Origin: a virus
IMG/VR virus record: IMGVR_UViG_3300028558_000016
Coordinates: 278,014-342,013 of that record
Strand: one strand, 5' to 3'
Length of the DNA stretch: 64,000 nt
Below the pieces are notes generated by a model. That model was not told where the DNA came from. It did not search any database and saw only the letters and a list, made by a program, of their open reading frames with translations. Positions within the stretch are counted from its first letter, which is position 1. Each line of letters starts with the position of its first letter. Both the position numbers and the translations under genes were made by a program. Of this stretch, positions 62,469 to 64,000 are shown piece by piece.

Positions 62469-64000
62469 ATGACTCTTAAAGAATTATTTGACCTAAAAGA
62501 GGTATTAAGCACTGACTCTATTTCGACCACGAGGCTAACAGTCAATGATAACTTTTCCAAACTTAGAAAAGGATTATCGGCTTTAATAGACACACTTCAG
62601 GTAAACGAAGGGCCAAACATCGTAGTAGATTCAGTTGCAGCCACAGACATTGTGGCCAATACTTTTTCAACACCTCTTCCAAAAGGAGGAACATATAAAT
62701 TCACTGTAAATTCAAACGGTGAGATAACTGCAACAAGCGTTCTTGGAAAGGTTGTCGTAGAGACACCAAGATTAAGGCTTGATCCAGATCCAACCCTCAT
62801 TGCTTTTCAAGCGGGTGAGATTCGTTGGAGCGGAACAGATTTCGTTGGATGGAATGGAACTCAATGGATTTCGTTTACGGCCGGAGCAAACATTGTTATC
62901 ACTGCAGGCCCTCTCGTAGTAAATCAACTTTATACAATAGTATCATACGGTGCAGGCGATGACTTCACAAACGTGGGCGCATCTTCTAATGCAGCCGGAG
63001 TCATATTTGTTGCAACCGGAATAACTCCTACAACATGGACAAACGGTTCCGTTCTCGCAAGCAGCAACGGAGAAGCAAACACATCAAGCAATGTTGGAAC
63101 TGGAATAGGATCAGCACTTCCTAAAGCAGGAGTAAATCTTCCATTCAAATCATTTGCAGCAGGCGCAGGAATATTTTTAGACAACGTAACAGATCCTAAT
63201 ACGATTGTGATCAGCAACGTTGGTGCAACATCTGGTTACTCAGGAACTTCTGGAACATCAGGAAGATCTGGTTACTCAGGATTAAGCGGTTACTCAGGAA
63301 GCATTGGAGCAAATGGTACATCAGGTTTTAGCGGTTATTCGGGAGCTCCAGGTCTTTCTGGATTCTCAGGAATAGCAACATCTGGATATTCTGGAACATC
63401 AGGTTTTGGAAGTTCTGGATTTAGTGGTTACTCAGGAGTTTCTGGAACAAGCGGTTTTTCTGGAGCATCAGGAGTAAGCGGTTACAGTGGAACATCTGGT
63501 CAAGAAGGTCCAATTGGACCTGCAGGTGTTGCGGGTGGAATTGGTCCTGCTGGTACATCAGGAACATCAGGATTTTCTGGTTACTCAGGACAAGCTGGAG
63601 CACCAGTTCTTGGTCCAGCAGAAGATGGAAGTTATCTTGACGGATTCTGGACAGACTTAACTCCATTAACTCCAATCGGAACATTTGCTGATAGGGTGAA
63701 CGAAATAATGCTTGCATTACTTCCTCCACCAGCACCAGCTCTTACAGATTGGAGTCAAACAACTTTAGCGCTTTCAGTTCAAGGAAAATTAAGCTTTGAC
63801 AACTTGAGTCCTATCATTGGTTACAATAACGCAAGCTCTGCAACGCCACCAGTATTTGTGGATGGAGTGTTTGTGCTTTCAGGAAAAAGACTTGGAATAA
63901 CTCAACAGGTTGGAGGTACAAAACTTTCAGGAGTGTTGAATTATCAAGTCGTAACAGGACCAGGAGTTCCAACACCAGCATATCCAGCACAAACATTTGG
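62469..64000 (+). CDS. Tail-fibre protein with N-terminal fibre-like domain and collagen-like G-X-S/G-P-A repeats; 3' end lies outside the window
   Basis: Open frame from ATG 62469 to the window end (not in the track because there is no stop). NDNFSKL N-terminal motif typical of phage fibres. SGYSGTSG...GPIGPAGVAGGIGPAG repeats at 63232-63605. Confidence 0.65.
   Translation, partial: MTLKELFDLKEVLSTDSISTTRLTVNDNFSKLRKGLSALIDTLQVNEGPNIVVDSVAATDIVANTFSTPLPKGGTYKFTVNSNGEITATSVLGKVVVETPRLRLDPDPTLIAFQAGEIRWSGTDFVGWNGTQWISFTAGANIVITAGPLVVNQLYTIVSYGAGDDFTNVGASSNAAGVIFVATGITPTTWTNGSVLASSNGEANTSSNVGTGIGSALPKAGVNLPFKSFAAGAGIFLDNVTDPNTIVISNVGATSGYSGTSGTSGRSGYSGLSGYSGSIGANGTSGFSGYSGAPGLSGFSGIATSGYSGTSGFGSSGFSGYSGVSGTSGFSGASGVSGYSGTSGQEGPIGPAGVAGGIGPAGTSGTSGFSGYSGQAGAPVLGPAEDGSYLDGFWTDLTPLTPIGTFADRVNEIMLALLPPPAPALTDWSQTTLALSVQGKLSFDNLSPIIGYNNASSATPPVFVDGVFVLSGKRLGITQQVGGTKLSGVLNYQVVTGPGVPTPAYPAQTF
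63232..63605 (+). repeat. Coding G-X-S / G-P-A triplet repeat array
   Basis: Same repeat type as 1668-6403, within the partial fibre gene. Confidence 0.7.

Noticed and set aside
1-64000. Searched for an integrase, transposase, terminal inverted repeats or att-like direct repeats that would mark a mobile element or prophage boundary.
   Set aside because: None found. Gene organisation is continuous phage-like operon structure across the whole window.

Overview
The window is AT-rich (about 35% GC) and densely coding, with short overlaps and ATGA/TAATG gene junctions. It reads as part of a large virulent phage genome rather than a bacterial chromosome. Promoters match the Bacteroidota -7 consensus TAnnTTTG, which suggests a Bacteroidota host.

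Main contents, all coordinates 1-based within the window:

- **Fibre genes.** A family of collagen-like (Gly-X-Ser)n tail-fibre paralogs lies at 1-6950. A further paralog begins at 62469 and runs off the window end.
- **Minus-strand block (11711-22619).** It encodes a J-domain protein, two classic AAA ATPases, a Pol-beta nucleotidyltransferase and a DEDD exonuclease.
- **NAD+/ADP-ribose island (about 23476-46432).** This region is unusually dense in NAD-handling genes:
  - a PARP with a full H-Y-E catalytic triad;
  - NadV/NAMPT;
  - a PncC-like/NMNAT fusion;
  - two Nudix hydrolases;
  - a NADAR domain protein;
  - a Sir2 sirtuin;
  - a Tpt1-like 'YHGT' protein.
- **tRNA module.** Eight tRNAs, all class II with a long variable arm, give complete isoacceptor sets for Leu and Ser. 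A LeuRS-like synthetase sits beside them; it is short (487 aa) and appears to lack the editing and C-terminal domains. A CCA-adding enzyme is also present.
- **RNA-repair-like enzymes.** These are a T4-type Pnk kinase/phosphatase, a 2H phosphoesterase and two small KxDG ligases.
- **Other enzymes.** They comprise a FEN-type 5' nuclease, an Smr protein, a PrsW-like protease, a GNAT, a PS-decarboxylase-like protein and a PspC-domain protein.
- **Regulatory grammar.** Two recurring promoter classes are visible, gTTAGTAnATTTAC and TATATTTGCA (the latter near-leaderless). A recurring palindromic operator, TTGATwATCAA, sits 40-110 bp upstream of several promoters. There are several intrinsic terminators and two candidate small RNAs.

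No integrase, transposase or CRISPR array is evident. Hand-derived motif and tRNA coordinates are approximate (about +/-2 nt).
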